From the NCBI RefSeq assembly GCF_009914755.1, contig NC_060925.1: a stretch of DNA of 64,000 nucleotides; one strand, 5' to 3'. The translations under genes were made by a program, and so were the position numbers. Within the stretch, counting starts at the first letter, position 1; each line of letters starts with the position of its first letter. Below, one piece after another: positions 43,121 to 59,540 of this stretch. Under the pieces are notes generated by a model that worked only from the letters and a program-made list of their open reading frames with translations, was not told the origin of the DNA and did no database searches. This stretch comes from the human T2T-CHM13v2.0 reference genome, Homo sapiens.

Positions 43121-43955
43121 GTACAGAGATTGTCAGAGAGTACTTTTAAAAAGTTCTAAATATATGCTGCCTACAAAAAAAAAAACTTTAAATATAAACA
43201 GTTTAAAGGTGAGTAGATGAAGAGATATATATCACGCTAACATTAATCAAAAGTAAACTGAAGAACTAGGGAAATGATCAGGAATAGTGGGCCAATTATT
43301 TATGGAAACATAATAATCCCAAATGTATGCACCTAACACAATGTCAAAGTACTACTGAAAAAAGAAATAGACAAATTCACTATTATTATATGGAGACTTC
43401 AACATTTCTTTCTCAGTAATTGACAGATCAAACAGGTAGAAAACCAATAAAGATGTAGTTGACCTAAACAACATTCAATCAACTTGATCTAACTGACAAT
43501 TATAGACTACCCCATTCAACAGCAGAAAATACATTTTCTCATGACCACATAGAACATTCAACAAGATCAACCATATTCTATACCATAAAACAAATATGCA
43601 ATACCAAAAAAAGATGTCACTGTGGAATTAATTAATAATCAATAATTTAAAGATGGATGGTTAATTGCCAAATATTTTAAATTAAAAAAACACTTCTAAG
43701 TAATACAAATATCGTGAATTTTAAAAAAGTGAAAATACAACTTGTTAAAATTTATGAGATGCATTGAAAACAATTATTAAAGGCAAATTATAGCACTAAA
43801 TGCATATATTAGAAAATGTGAAAGAGCTGAGTTCATCAACATAAGGTTCTGTCTTAAGGATTAATGAAAGAACAATCTAAATGTAAATCAAGCACAGAAA
43901 AGCTAGAATAACAATTAACACAAATAATTAAGTTAAAAACAAAGAAGCAATTTGA

Positions 43956-46185
43956 AAACCATGATTATCTCAATAGATGCAGAAAATGCATTCGATAAAT
44001 TTAACATACTTTCATGTTAAAATCTCTCAATAAACTAAGTATTGAAGGAACTTACCTCAAAATAATAAAAAAAAATTTATGAAAAACCTGCAACCAATAT
44101 ACTGAATGGGCAAAACCTGGAAGCATTTCCCTTGAAAACTCGCACAAGGCAAAGATGCCTTCTCTCACCACTTCTATTCAACACAGTATTAGCAGTTTAG
44201 CAGTTCTGGCCAGGAAAATCAGGCAAGAGAAAGAAATAAAGCTATTCAAATGGGAAGAGAGAAAGTCAAATTGCGTTTGTTTGCATATGAAACAATCCTA
44301 TATCTAGATAAAACCCCATCATCTCAGCCCAAAAGCTTCTTAAGCTGATAGGCAATTTCAGCAAAGCTTCAGGATACAAAATCAACGTACAAAAATCATA
44401 AGCATTGCTATACACCAACAATAGACAAGCAAAGAGCCAAATCATGAATGAACTCCCCTTCACAATTGTTACAAACAGAATAAAATAACTAGAAATACAG
44501 TTAACTAGGGAATGAAGGACCTCTTCAAGGAGAACTACAAACCATTGCTCAAGAAAATCAAAAAGGACATAAACAAAGAAAATAAAAACATTCCATGCTC
44601 ATGGATAGAAAGAATAAATATTGTGAAAATGGCCATACTGCCCAAAATAATTAATAGATTTAATGCTATTCCCATTAAACTGCCATTGACATTCTTCACA
44701 GAACTAGAAAAAAACTATTTCAAAATTCATATGGAAGCAAAAAGTAGCCTGTATAGCCAAGACAATCTTACGCAAAAAGATCAAAGTTGGAGGCATCATG
44801 CTACTCAACTTCAAACTATACCACACTACATTAACCAAAACAGCATGGTACTTGTACAAAAACAGACACAAAGACCAATGGAACAGAATAGAGAACTCAG
44901 AAGTAATACTGGACACCCACAACTATCTGATCTTTGACAAACCTGATAAAACAAGCAGTAAGGAAAGGATTCACTATTTAATAAATAGTGCTGGGAGAAC
45001 TGGCTAGCCATATGCAGGAAATTGAAACTGGACCCCTTCCTTATGCCTTATACAAAAATCAACTCAAGACAGATTAGAGACTTACATGTAATACCCAAAA
45101 CTGTAAAAACTCTGGAAGAAAATATAGGCAATACCATTCAGGACATAAGCATGGGCAGAGATTTCATGATCAAAATGTCAAAAGCAATTGCAACAAAAGC
45201 AATTAAGCTAAAGAGCTTTTGCACAGCAAAATAAACTATCATCAGAGTGAACAGACAACCTACAGAATGGGAGAAAATTTTTGCATCCTATCCATCCAAA
45301 AATTTTGCATCCAACAACCCCATTAAAAAGTGGGCAAAGGGCATGAACAAACACTTCTCTAATGAAGACATTTATTTGGCCAAAAACATATGAAAAAATC
45401 TCAACATCACTGATAATTAAAGAAACACAAATCAAAACCACAATGAGATATCACCTCACACCAGGCAGAATAGCGATTATTATTAAAAAGTTAAGAAACG
45501 AGATGCTGGTGAGGCTACAGAGAAATAGGAACACTTTTACACTGTTGGTAGGAATGTAAATTAGTTTGATTCTGGAAGACAGTGTGGCAATTGCTCAAAG
45601 ACCTAAAACCAGAAATACCATTCGATCCAGCAATCCCGTTACTGAGTATATACCCAAATAATATAAATCATTCTGTTATAAAGATACATACACATATATA
45701 TTCATTGCAGCAATATTCACAATAGCAAAGATATGGAATCCACACAAATGCCCATCAATGATAGACTGGATAAAGAAAATGTGGTACATATACTCCATGG
45801 AATACTATGCAGCCATAAAAAAGGAATGAGATCATGTCCTTTACAGGGACATGGATGGTGCTGGAAGCCATTATCCTCAGCAAAGTAATGCAGGAACAGA
45901 AAACTAAACACTGCATGTTCTCATTTAAAAGTGGAAACTGAACAATGAAAATGCGTGGACACAGGGAGGGGAACAACACACACTGGGAACTGCTGGGAGT
46001 GTAGGGGGAGGGACAGCATCAGGAAAAATAGCTAATGCATGCTGGGCTTAATACTTAAGAGATGGATTGATAGGTCCTGCAAACCACCATGACACACATC
46101 TCCCTATGTAACAAACCTGCACATCCTGCACATGTACACTAGAACTTCAAATAAAATAAAAAAATACACAAAATAAAATAAAAGC
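43956..46185 (+). mobile_element. 5'-truncated L1PA10-13-like element inserted in the older L1
   Basis: ORF2 RT to C-terminus ([32 protein letters not shown]); 3'UTR 'gcatcaggaaaaatagctaatgcatgctgggcttaatac'; A-rich tail. Confidence 0.9.
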
Positions 46186-47938
46186 AAAATAAACAAAATT
46201 AAAAGCAGGTGCTTTGGAAAAATTAATAAAATTGATAAATCTCTAGCCAGGCAAACCAAGAAAATGTTGAATATTTCTTTACATATTTAGCACTTTTTTG
46301 ATTCATTTTATCAGAATTTTAGTTTACCATAATTAGATCCTGTACATATTTTGGTAGCATGCACACTTGATATAATGTGATAAGAATGATATAACTTTTG
46401 TGGTCTTTTCCTCAAAAACCCACCCTCCTGGGTAATGATGAGAAAACAAATATTTATACATATCCGAACTTAGTAATGCCCTACAAAGTATCATACTTTA
46501 CTTACCAAAGCTGTTAAGGTTGTCAAAAACAGGGAAAGTCTGTTCTTTCCCTCATAGAACTGAGGGTCCTTAGAACACAAGATGAGTAAATACAATGTGT
46601 TGTCTTTTATAGGGCACAAATTAGCCTCTGAAACAGATTACATACCTATGTCATAAATATTTGTAAGACATCCAATGTGTCTTCAATACTAGAAATACAC
46701 AAGTTTATAGAAAAATGACAAATGATCCTCCTAATGCGTAAAATGAGCACAATCATGTGAATTAATCAGGGTGGTTGTTAGTATTAAAATGAGGATAATA
46801 TATGAGTAGCTCCAGGTGAAGTAACTGACAATGGGTAGCCAATCAGTAACACAGATGTTGCTGTTGTTACCAGTTTGTTTACATTATTTTATGTATTTTG
46901 AGAATAGTGAGTAGCTTTTTAAAAAATTGAGACTATATCTTGAATATATTATAATAATGCTTCATTTCACAGACGAATATGAAGCCCAGATGAATAGTCT
47001 GCCCAAGATGTCATAGTGAGGGGCAAAGGTAAAATTGCACTTCTTTTTCACTGCATTGTCCAAAATATTATAAACAATTTTAAAATAATTACATTAATAA
47101 TTTAAAATTAATGTGTTCCTTATATTGCTGGCATATTTTATGAGTTTCCATTATATCTCGTAATAATTTTATTTTATAAAATTACAGGTAACATGAAAAC
47201 ATTTAAAAATTACAACACAGCTTTCTGGTGCTTATTTAGACATCATAATAATCTCAATCTGGCTTTGAAAAAATAAAACTAAAGTAGGCAGTTTATTTGG
47301 TAAACTATCAAATTATACTTATCCTAATCGAAGCTATGGCACATATTGTTTTGATTTCTACTGATTAGTGATCAAACAAGCAAAAATATTTTATTCACGT
47401 CATTTGATTGAACCATATCATCTGCAAAATAGGCCTTGCCTTAATGTTAACAGAAGAGTATAAAAATATTTATGTCTCTGAAATAGACAAGAATATAGCC
47501 CATCTGCTGCATTAGACACAGAGCTAATTTTAAACAAGGCTTCCTCCAAAATGTCTGTCCTCTTAAACAATTTTCATTAGACTAAATTATCACATTCAGA
47601 CTCTTTATAAATGAGAATTATATCCAACTTGCCCTTATTACCACTTAATTCTTACTAATGAATAAATAAATATACTTTTGCATGGTAAATAGAAATAATT
47701 TAAAGGCAATTTGGCCTCTCACCAAAAAAAAGGAAAAATAAAGAGTGAAATGCCTTAATATAGATACCAAGATGGGAGGTGACTCCAGGTCAAATTAATA
47801 TAGATCGAGTAACTTTATAGGACTTATTAAAAATAGTTATATTTGCTTGATTATAGTTCTCCAGAAAGATAGATTTTTCCTCCTTTATCCACCCATTGAA
47901 AACTATTAATATGTCATGGTTTAAAAAATCTGGTTCGT

Positions 47939-48275
<337 letters not shown>

Positions 48276-48625
48276 TTAATAGGCAGTTTATTTTGATAAC
48301 TTGTTAGTGGAAAACATGAATATAAATGTTAGTTGATATATATATTCTCTTTGCACTTCAGCAAAGAGCTTGCAAGAAATTTAAAAAATAACAATATTTA
48401 CTAAGTTTGCATACTTTTGTTATTTCATCTAACAGCATCAGAATAATAAAAAATATATTAAACAATTTTTAAGGAATAGGAGACAAGGACATGACTTGAT
48501 TATCTCAATGGTAAAAAGGTCTTCAAATTTTTTGAAAATGAAGACTAAATTTTTGTTGAATGCAATTCAGTCACACATTAATATGTAGGGCCAGAATTCA
48601 CTTTTTTACTCTACTGTTTACCATC

Positions 48626-49228
48626 TATGTTAGGGTTATCCAAAAACACAAAAAATATTGTAAATATGTACACATATATATTTACAATTTATATGCAGGA
48701 TTTATAACTTTTTTTTTTTATTTGACATGAGGTCTCATTCTGTCACTTAGGCTGGAGGGCAGTGGTACCACCATGCTGACTACAGCCTTGACCTCCCTGG
48801 CTCAAGTGACTATCCCACCTCAGCCTCCAGAGAGAGAGGGGGTAAAAGATTTCTAAAAACTGGCTCATGGAATCATGGGAGTGGCACAGGGCAGTCTGGC
48901 AAATGAGAAATTCAGGTAGAGTTGATGTTCCAATCTTGAGTGATCATACAGGGCAGCAGACTGGAAATTAAGGCAAAATTTGTATGTCGCAGTTCTGAAA
49001 CAGAATATTTTCTCATTAGGAAATCTAAGTCTTTGCTCCAAAGTCCTTCAGCTGATTTGATGAGGCCCATTCACATTATGGAAAGGAATCTGCTTTGCTT
49101 AAAGTCAAGTAGTCATAAATATTAATCTCATCTAAAAAATACTTCCACAGCAATATTTAGACTAGTGTGTGACTAAATAACTGGCTACTATAAACTAGCC
49201 AAGTTGACACACAAAATTAATCTTCACA
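48626..49228 (-). mobile_element. MLT2 (HERV-L) solo LTR containing an Alu monomer (~48708-48828)
   Basis: 'gatgaggcccattcacattatggaaaggaatctgcttt...ctagccaagttgacacacaaaattaatcttcaca'. Confidence 0.8.
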
Positions 49229-49304
49229 GCATGGTAGAATAATAGTGGTGACCATACTAGCTGTAAAGCTCAGATACCTAAAGTATCTGCCTGGTTATCA
49301 CTAT

Positions 49305-49994
49305 TGGGTCCGGAATTGGTTCCTTCCGGTGGGTTCTTGGTCTGGCTGACTTCAAGAATGAAGCCGCGGACCCTCATGGTGAGTGTTACAGTTATTAAAG
49401 ATGGTGTGTCCGGAGTTTCTTCCTTCAGATGTTCAGATGTGTCTGGAGTTTCTTCCTTCCGGTGGGTTCGTGGTCTTGCTGACTTAAGGAGTGAAGCCAC
49501 AGACCTTCGCAGTGAGTGTTACAGCTCTTAAAGGTGGCATGTCCTGAGTTGTTTGTTCCTCCTGGTGGGTTCATCCTCTAGCTGACTTTGAGAATGAAGC
49601 TGCAGACCCTTGTGGTGAGTGTTACAGCTCATAAAGGTAGTGTGGACCCAAAGAGTGAACAGCAGCAAGATTTATTATGAAGAGTGAAACAACAAAGCTT
49701 CCACACCCTGCAACGGGACCACGAGCAAGTTGACGCTGCTGGCGCCTATGGCCAGCGTTTACTGCCTTATTTGGCCCCACCCACGTCTTGTTGATTGGTC
49801 CATTTTACAGAGTGCTGGCTAGTCTGTTTTTACAGAATGCTGATTGGTGCGTTTACAAACCTTTAGCTAGACACAGAGCGCTGATTGGTGCGTTTTTACA
49901 GAGTGCTGACTGGTGTGTTTACAAAACTTCAGCTAGGCAGAAAAGTTATCCTAGTCCCCACCCGACCAGGAAGCCTAGCCAGCTTCACCTCTCA
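49305..49994 (-). mobile_element. Solo LTR12 (ERV9)
   Basis: 'gtgagtgttacagctc' U5 repeats; 'gctgattggtgcgtttt(t)aca' U3 repeats; TG..CA ends; 4-bp TSD CTAT at 49301-49304 and 49995-49998. Confidence 0.95.
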
Positions 49995-51064
49995 CTATCA
50001 CAGGACATGCTATCACAGGACATTGGTATCAAAGGACATACCATCTTCCTTTGGGCTGAAGTTATAGAACTGAGGAAAGCCTATCTAAAATGACTTTTTA
50101 AAAGTATGATGCACCAATGTGAAACACTATTAGCTACAGTAAATAAATATACAAAGAAAAATTTCTCTGACAAATCAGGATACACAGAAATAGTATCATA
50201 AACTTAAGAAAGAAAGAAATAGACAAGAGAGAGAGAATTTGCACAACTCTACTCAGATGAATGAGCCTTGTCAAATATTTTAAATGATTAAATGTATAAA
50301 AATATTATTTGAATACGAGGCTTCAGAAGTACAGATAATATATAAAATTTTATGCACATGTATTTGTGTGATACATAGATTCCCTATAAGAATATTTAGA
50401 TTTCATGCATTTAATTATGTATGTCTTATCTAGTTTGCATAATTTTTATTTTCTTCAGCTATGTGTTTTAGTAAATATGCCATTCTTTTAAATTACTTAT
50501 TTCAAAGTTCAACTGTATTTAACTCTTGTCATTTTTATAGTAGAATGATGAATTCTTTTTTCTGCTGTTTTTGTATATCAATTTTCTGCTTTTTATTGAA
50601 ATGAACCATTTCACTATTATAAAAGATAAATTCCTTATATCAAAATAATTTTACTATCCATTAATTTTTGGTGCGTTTTATTGACATGGATTCAAAAGAT
50701 TTAGAAGGATACTGAACAAACGGTCAAAATATATTAAATACAAATAAATTTTAAAAATAATGGAGGCAGGGTGATTTTAGGACCCACCATTGTATTTTAT
50801 ACCCTTTACAAAAAATACATATATTAAATTACATTATAATGCTATGTTTCATGCAAAGTTTGAAAACTAAGTATCAAATTTCTTATTTATTATTACTATT
50901 TTATTAGCATTAATATAACACTTCAGAATGTGGCTAGATACATGACATCACACATTTAATTCAATAGCAAACCTCAATAAAGCTGGCATTAAAGACTAGT
51001 TCTAAATAAGCTATTAAATTCCTTTAAAATGTGTTTTATTATCTTTGGTTATAAAATTGATTTC

Positions 51065-51379
51065 AGCTGGGCACAGTGGCTCATGCTTACAATCTCAGCA
51101 CTTTTAGAGGCTGAGGTGGGAGTATTGCTTAAGGACAGGAGTTTAAGACCAGCCTGAACAACAGAACAAGACCATACCTCTATGAAACCAAACCAAACCA
51201 AACAAAACCAAACCAAAAAACTAGTCTGGCTTATTGGCTCATGCCTATAGTCCCAGCTACTCAGGAGGTCGGATTATCACTTGAGCCTGGGAGGTCCAGA
51301 ATGCAGTTTGGCCATGACTGTACTACTGCACTATAGCCTTGGTGACAGAGTGAAAGCCCATCTCGGAAAAAAAAAAAAA
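51065..51379 (+). mobile_element. AluJ with (AAACC)n in the middle A-rich linker
   Basis: Dimeric Alu, J-type 'ggagtattgcttaaggacaggagtttaagacc'. Confidence 0.9.
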
Positions 51380-52978
51380 GACTGCTTATTCATACATGTG
51401 GCATCACTAAAATTTAATACATCTAATTTGGTACTGTAGTAATAGTGTTTTCATTATAATGATATGTAATTCCACTTGTGTTGCAGTCAGAATAAAATTT
51501 GTAAGTTTTAGACATGATTAACCATAACTACTGACAAAAGTTTAATTTAACCTTACTGTTTCTTCAGAGTTTGATATCTTTCCATGTACTGATAAGTCAG
51601 TGACTTCACATTTCCTTTTTACCTTTTCTGCTATTCATAGCCATACATATATCTGAAAAAGACCTAACCCTTGATTGATGCTTACACTCTATGTTAATAT
51701 TCTGCTGGATAAACAGTAATCTTATGATAGTACTTAAAAAATCTAGTTTAAGAAAGTGACACTTGGAGAATTATTACAGTTGACCTAGGGAATATTAATA
51801 TATACCATTCTTTGCACATATCCGTTATTTAAATGGGCTATTTTGCACTCATGAAACAATTGAAAAGCTCAAATATCCTGTATTAACATTATAAAACAAA
51901 GGCTGGTTATAGTTCAAATATTTCTAAGCGACAGAAAATGACATCTTAATATTACAAAGAATAGGTCTTTTAAGCAAAGATGAAACATACAATGAAGGGC
52001 ATTGTGAGAAGGCAGCTGGCATACTACCCTCTGTACAAACAGTCCTTGACCTGTGCCCTGTTCTGTCAGTAGCCAGATGGTCTGAGGATTATTTGTAAGT
52101 GTGTGATACCAGATATGGGCCAACAAGGAATACAAGGTTAGAACAATCACAGATCTCTGTATATGACATTGACACAAATTAGCAAAATATACATCTTTCA
52201 ATCAGCCAAATAATGGTTGTCAGAATCAACCTAAAAACAACAGGAGCAACTTTTAAATACATCATCTGCTGGCATTCTATTTTTATGTTGTAATGGGTAT
52301 TTTAATGATAATCATTAAATTTCTTGGCACACATGCACATTCTACCAGTATGCCAGCCTTTAGAAGTTTGCATTTATTATTCTTGGTCTTTCAAGGATGT
52401 GGTATTGAGGTTTTTTGGTTTCAGGAGTAATTAATATTGTAATTACATCTACCTTAATAAAATTCACACCTACATGTGTTTAAATGAGCAGGTGTACTTG
52501 TGTATAGTTTTGATCAATAGATTGAGATTATTTGGCCCTTAATATTAAATTTATATATTAAAATTATATGAAAGATAAGAGTACAGAAAAAAAGTGTCAT
52601 GTTTTCTCATTTCAAAATAAATGAAAATGATTTTATCTAATCTTGTTGTAGTAACATAAACTAAAATAATACAAGTCAAGATAATTAGACCCAGGCTTCT
52701 AAAATAAAATGTTTATGGTTTTCAAGAGAAAACATTTAAAAAATATATCATACTTTGGATTCCCTAAGTTTTATGCAATTATAATTGATCCATAATGTGA
52801 AAATGGTCACAGTTTTTGTAATAACTAATGAAATAGTAATGAAGCAAAATATACAAAACTCTGCTATTTCTAAATAAGTGAGGTTCAAAGCTATTTCTCT
52901 TTTGTGACATAAAGTAGAAATCCTGGAGATGCTTCGTGTTTATAAATTTTGTTTTGTTCATAATCTTTGAACATATTT

Positions 52979-53370
52979 TGTAACATAAACCAAAAACTCC
53001 CTGCGACAGGTTTCAATAAATTTAGAAGTTTATTTTGCCAAGGTTAAATGCGCATGCCTGGGAGAAACGTCTGTGCCTTTCTCCAGAATGATTTTGAGGG
53101 CTTCAATATTTAAAGGGTTAACTGAATCTACATGTTGCAAGACAAAAGTAACAGTAGGGAAATAATTATGTATTTGTCTCCTGCCCACTATAAGATAAGG
53201 TGAACACAGAGTAGAATAGCTATCTTTGGAGATACATTTCTTCTGTAGCTATCTGCTTAGGAATAAAAGAAAAGACAGCTTTTTTGCATGACTCAGCTTA
53301 CATCTTAATTTCTTTTTTTTTTTTTTTGGCAGAATGAACTGGGGTCCCTCGTTTTTATTTTCCTTTCTCA
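52979..53370 (-). mobile_element. MER4-family (ERV1) solo LTR
   Basis: 'tttagaagtttattttgccaaggttaa', 'gattttgagggcttcaatatttaaaggg', ends 'tttattttcctttctca'. Confidence 0.75.
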
Positions 53371-54154
53371 GTAACAACAGCAAATGTAAACTGCCTTGTC
53401 ATCTCTGGTGGGCATAATAAATCTTACACTTGGACTTTGGTTAATACTCGTCACTGAATATACTTTGAAAGCATTCTTTTTGTATATGAAGCAACTGTAT
53501 GTATTATTGTTATTTTCTCAACAGAAATAATTTGATTTCTGCTTTCCTGTGGCTTACTACATACAAAAAATGTTGAAAAAGTCAACGAAACTATTTTAAA
53601 GCCATTGTGTTTAACCATCAATGACTTCTGGCTTCTCATGTAAATCAAGGAGAAAGGCTGCGAAGATAATATCTGAGTAGTGGAAGCAGAAGGAACTGCT
53701 CCTCTTGGGTTTGAATTTTCATTACAAATTTATTATTTTTATTGTCAGATTTATGCTTCAGTTGCTTGAATTAAACACATGAATTTTCTGTATATTCAGG
53801 TTTGTTTCAGTTACTAAGAGAAGTTATTTTAATTCAGCTATGATTTAACTTTGTAAATTTGCAAATTATATTCTTCAGCTTTTTAACATCTAAATAAATA
53901 TACCTCAAAGACTTGACCTCATTTATTGTAGAACAGCTCTAATGCTAGCATTATAAAGAATACAAGATTCAGAACACTAAAAATAGAAATATAAACCATT
54001 TTATTACTGTGTTCTTGATTTAAATTTTGACTCGATGTCCACAATAGTTTAGACAATTTTAAATAATATGCACTATGTTCACTTGCAACAGATCTTAAAG
54101 AATCATTTAATTAATATTTGTCTTTGGAATCTACTAGAAAAAAGAAGGCAGAAA

Positions 54155-54496
54155 TGTTAATCCAAGCCATGCCATTTTGCAGACCCCCACGATTTTACAA
54201 ACTCTGCTCAGAGTGGAAAATTCCACCAGGGCCTGGACCATGAAAAACATACAGTTGGACAGGTCCCAGGCCTAACCCTAACCACAGTAAATTCCTTCCT
54301 TATCAGTGGCCAAACACATGGCCCCCACCCCATTTTTGCAACAATCCCAGACCTCTGGGGTCCATGCCTGTAAGGGGGGAAGGGGGACCTGGTGCTAGTT
54401 GTTTCCCCCGCCAACACCACACCGCAGATCTTTCTCCCAATAAACCTGTGTTGCCACTGAGCCACCTCTGTTCTGTTCCTTCTCCCTTTCACTCTA
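54155..54496 (+). mobile_element. Short solo LTR, probably ERV1 class; family not identified
   Basis: Starts TG, GC-richer than flanks, AATAAA at ~54439 followed by a pyrimidine-rich tract, candidate 4-bp TSD GAAA (54151-54154, 54497-54500). Confidence 0.6.
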
Positions 54497-55127
54497 GAAA
54501 AATTAAATAAATAAATAAAAATAAAAATAACTGGTTAAATTATGAAATATTTTTACTACTTTTCTTCATGAATTTTTAGTTTACATATAGCAAATTTCAC
54601 TATTTTTGTTGTACATTGGATGCTTTCACTTGGTGGTCAAACTCTTACTCTACCCTTAACCCAGATCTCCTTTAAGTCCCTATTATTGTTGGGTCTTCCA
54701 GAAAGTCACATAAATAAATCACACTTTCTGTGCCTTAGCTTAATGTGTTGTGTTTGACAATCATCTACTTTGTTGGGTACATTGATAGTTCATATTTACA
54801 GCTGAGTAGATTCTATTGTGTGGCTGAACCACAGTTTACCTGTTCTTTACATGAGCAACATTTGGATTGTTTCCAGTTTTTGATGATTATGAATAAACCT
54901 GCTATAATTATTTGCATGTAGTTCTGTGTATATGGATTTTCTATTCATTTGAGTAACATTTCTATGAGAAATGTAACTTTAAAATCCCTTGGGCTGTTTG
55001 TTAGAAAATGTTATCTGTGAAAAGAGATAGTTTCATTTCTTCCTTTCCATTGGTAAGCCTTTAACTTCTTTTTCTTGCTTTCTTGCTCTATGAAAATTTC
55101 CACTACAATGTTGAAAAGGAATGGTGG

Positions 55128-55857
55128 TAAAACAACCTCTACAAAAATTGTAACAGTGAAAAAATTATGGCAGTGCAGGAGATCTGATCTAGCCAATCTT
55201 CTAGCCTTTAGTGTGCAAGCTGTCTTTTATTATTCCTGGGCTTAAGCCAAGCTTACTTTAGAGACATTTAGTTTATAGTTTAAATAATAATAACCCTTCC
55301 CCAAAACTCGACTGCCTTTGTGAAGCTAATATGTAATATGAGACCATCTGTCTAGGAGGACAGAGGAGCCTGAATCCTGCTAAGGTGTAGACATAAACTA
55401 TGGCTGGCCATTATTCCAGAGGTCAAAAGATATGCAACTTTCCCAATTCCTCTTACAGATAACATCACTACTGTAGAACCTAAATTGGCCGTTTGAGAGA
55501 TCTTTCCAGGATTTTTGCATTTCTGATGACTGATGGCTCCACTTGAACCTGCCAACTGCCCCTGTGGCCCCACCGGGAAGATACTAGGTGCAAGAGGACA
55601 GCTTCAGTTTCCTATAATTTCATCTCCAACTCAGACAGTCAACACTCCCCATACCCTAGACCCCTGCCCATCAAACTATCTTTGAAAAACCCTTAACTTC
55701 AGAGCGTTCTGAGAGATTGATTTGAGTAATAACTCTGTCTCCTGTGTGGCGTGTCCAGCCTCGCGTTAATTAAATTATTTATTTACAGCAATGCCAGGAT
55801 TTCTGTAAATTGATTTTGTTTGTTCATTGAACAGGAAGGACGTGTTGGGCAGTTACA
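55128..55857 (+). mobile_element. LTR8-family solo LTR (LTR8B-like)
   Basis: 'aaaattgtaacagtgaaaaaattatggcagtg...gagacatttagtttatagtttaaat...gggcagttaca'; splits the L1 phrase 'aatggtg|agagtgg' with near-TSD GTGG/GTGA. Confidence 0.8.
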
Positions 55858-56763
55858 GTGAGAGTGGTAATACTTGCTTTGTCCACAATATTAATGAGAA
55901 TTCACTCAGCTTTTCACTATTAAGACTTTAGTTGCAGGATTTTTTTTTTGGATGTTATAACATTATGAATATTTTCTCCTATTACTATTTGCTAATTTTT
56001 AATTATGAATTAGTGTTAAATTTTGTCACATGCTTTTTCTACATCTACTGATATATCTATGTGGTATTTTCTACTTAATAAGTTAACAGGGCAACTGAGG
56101 ATTGTTATTTCCAAATGTTGAATTTGCTTTGCATTCCAGGATTAACCTCTCCAATCTCCAGGACCAGAATATATTATCCTTTTTGTATATTATTGGATTT
56201 GATTTTCAGAAAAACTAAATTCAGAATTTTATTTCTAGTAATATAAAAGATATTGGTCTGTAGATTTATCTCTGGATAAATAATTGTTTTGCTTTGTTGA
56301 GAATGTTTTTGTTCAATAACATAAGACATATAATGGTTTGTAGATTTATTTCTTTGTAATGTCTTTGGTTTGGGTATTAGAGTAATGCTGATTTCATGAA
56401 ATTTGTTGGGAAGTATTCCTTTTTCAAAAAAGATTATGAAGAATTAAAATATTTATTTATAAATGTTTGTTAGAATTACCCAGATAAAATTTGTTGACCT
56501 GGTATTTTCTTTCTGAAAAGATTTATCTATGAATCTGATTTCTTTAATAGACAAATTGTTCAGGTTATCCTTTCTTCCATGAACTTTGGTAGTTTTTGTC
56601 TTTCAAGGAACAGACTCATTTGATTTAAAATGTCAGACTCACTGGCATTGAGCTGTTTGTAGTTTTCCCCTATTCTTTTAATATCTGTCAGGGGTGCAGT
56701 AATACATCTTATTTCATTTCTGATATTGGTAACTTGGGCCTTCGTCTTTATTATTCTTGATAG

Positions 56764-57081
<318 letters not shown>

Positions 57082-57725
57082 TGAGATTTAGATTATTGAT
57101 TTAAGTCTCTTCTTTAAATTCCTAACATTGGCCATTCTGAATTTCTCTTTTAACTGCACTGTAGCAGCATTACACACATTTTGATACGTGGTATTTTCAG
57201 TTTCATTCAGTTTAAAGTATTTTTTCTAATGTCTTTATGACTTCCATTCTTATCCATGGGTTATTTACAATACAATTGTTTTCTGCAACTTTCAGGTATT
57301 TGGACATTTTTCTTCATATTTTTCTATTTTTGATTTCTGATATCATTTGTTGAGGTTAGATAGTAGAGTTTGTATGATTTCAAATCTTTAATTTCTTGAG
57401 GTTGACTTTATGGACCAGCACACTATCTTGGTACATGTTTCATGCACACTTGACAAGAATATGTATTCTATGCATAACACTGTTCTCAAGTGTCTTGTTC
57501 TATAAATATCTATTAAATCAAATTGAATGATGACACAGTTCAGATATTTTATGCATTTTCTGATTCCTGACTACTTATTCTATCAATCATTGAGATAATT
57601 ATTGAAGTCAACAATATAATTATGAATTTATCTATTTCTCATTTCAATTCCTTCATTTTTTTCATATGTTTTAAGATATTTTGTTAGGTGTATACACATT
57701 TGGGATTAGTGTGTATTCCTGATGA

Positions 57726-58775
<1,050 letters not shown>

Positions 58776-58856
58776 ATGAATTGATCCTATTAGTATGCCA
58801 TGTTCCTTTTTTCTCTGGTAATTTTTTAAAATTCCTAAGTTTACATTTTCTGATAT

Positions 58857-59540
58857 TGAAACTTCCATTGCAAAATTGTAATTGAGACAGTGAAAGAGAT
58901 CTGACCTAACCAACTCCATCTTGCTTCTAATCTCCAAGCTGTCCTTGTTCATTCCTGGGTGTAGGCTGAACTAACTTTGGGAGGAACTTTATAGTTTAAA
59001 ACAAAGATGATAACAGCCCTTTCAGAAGGCAAATCTCCTCCGTGCCTGGGGACTAAACTGACTGTAGGACCAACAAATTAGCCACAAGATTAGAAATTAT
59101 TGCTTAGGAGTCATGCAGCTGTAGGCTACAAGATTGTGGACCCCCCTAAACTCCTCCTAAGATCAGTGCTTGTGAAATTTTGCAGGCCCCACACTTGATA
59201 TATCAGCTGGCACCACCCAGATTGTAAACTACCTCCTCCAATTATGTGGCCCCCACCCAGGAACCGAATCAGCACAAGAAGACAGCTTCAATTCCCTATG
59301 ATTTCATCTCCAAGCCAATCAGCCAACACTCTCAACTCACTGGCATTCCCCCGCCCACAAAATTATCCTTAAAATCTCTGACACCTGAATGCTCAGGGAT
59401 ACTGATTTGAGTGATAATAAAACTTCCATCTCCCAAACTGCCAGTTCTGTGTGAATTACTCTTTCTCTATTGCAATTCCCCCATCTTGATCAATTGGCTC
59501 TGTCTACGCAGTGGCAAGGTGAATCCATTGGGTGGTTACA
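58857..59540 (+). mobile_element. LTR8 solo LTR
   Basis: 'tgaaacttccattgcaaaattgtaattgagacagtgaaagagatctgacctaaccaactccatcttgcttctaa...ggtggttaca'; perfect TSD ATAT at 58853-58856 and 59541-59544. Confidence 0.88.
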
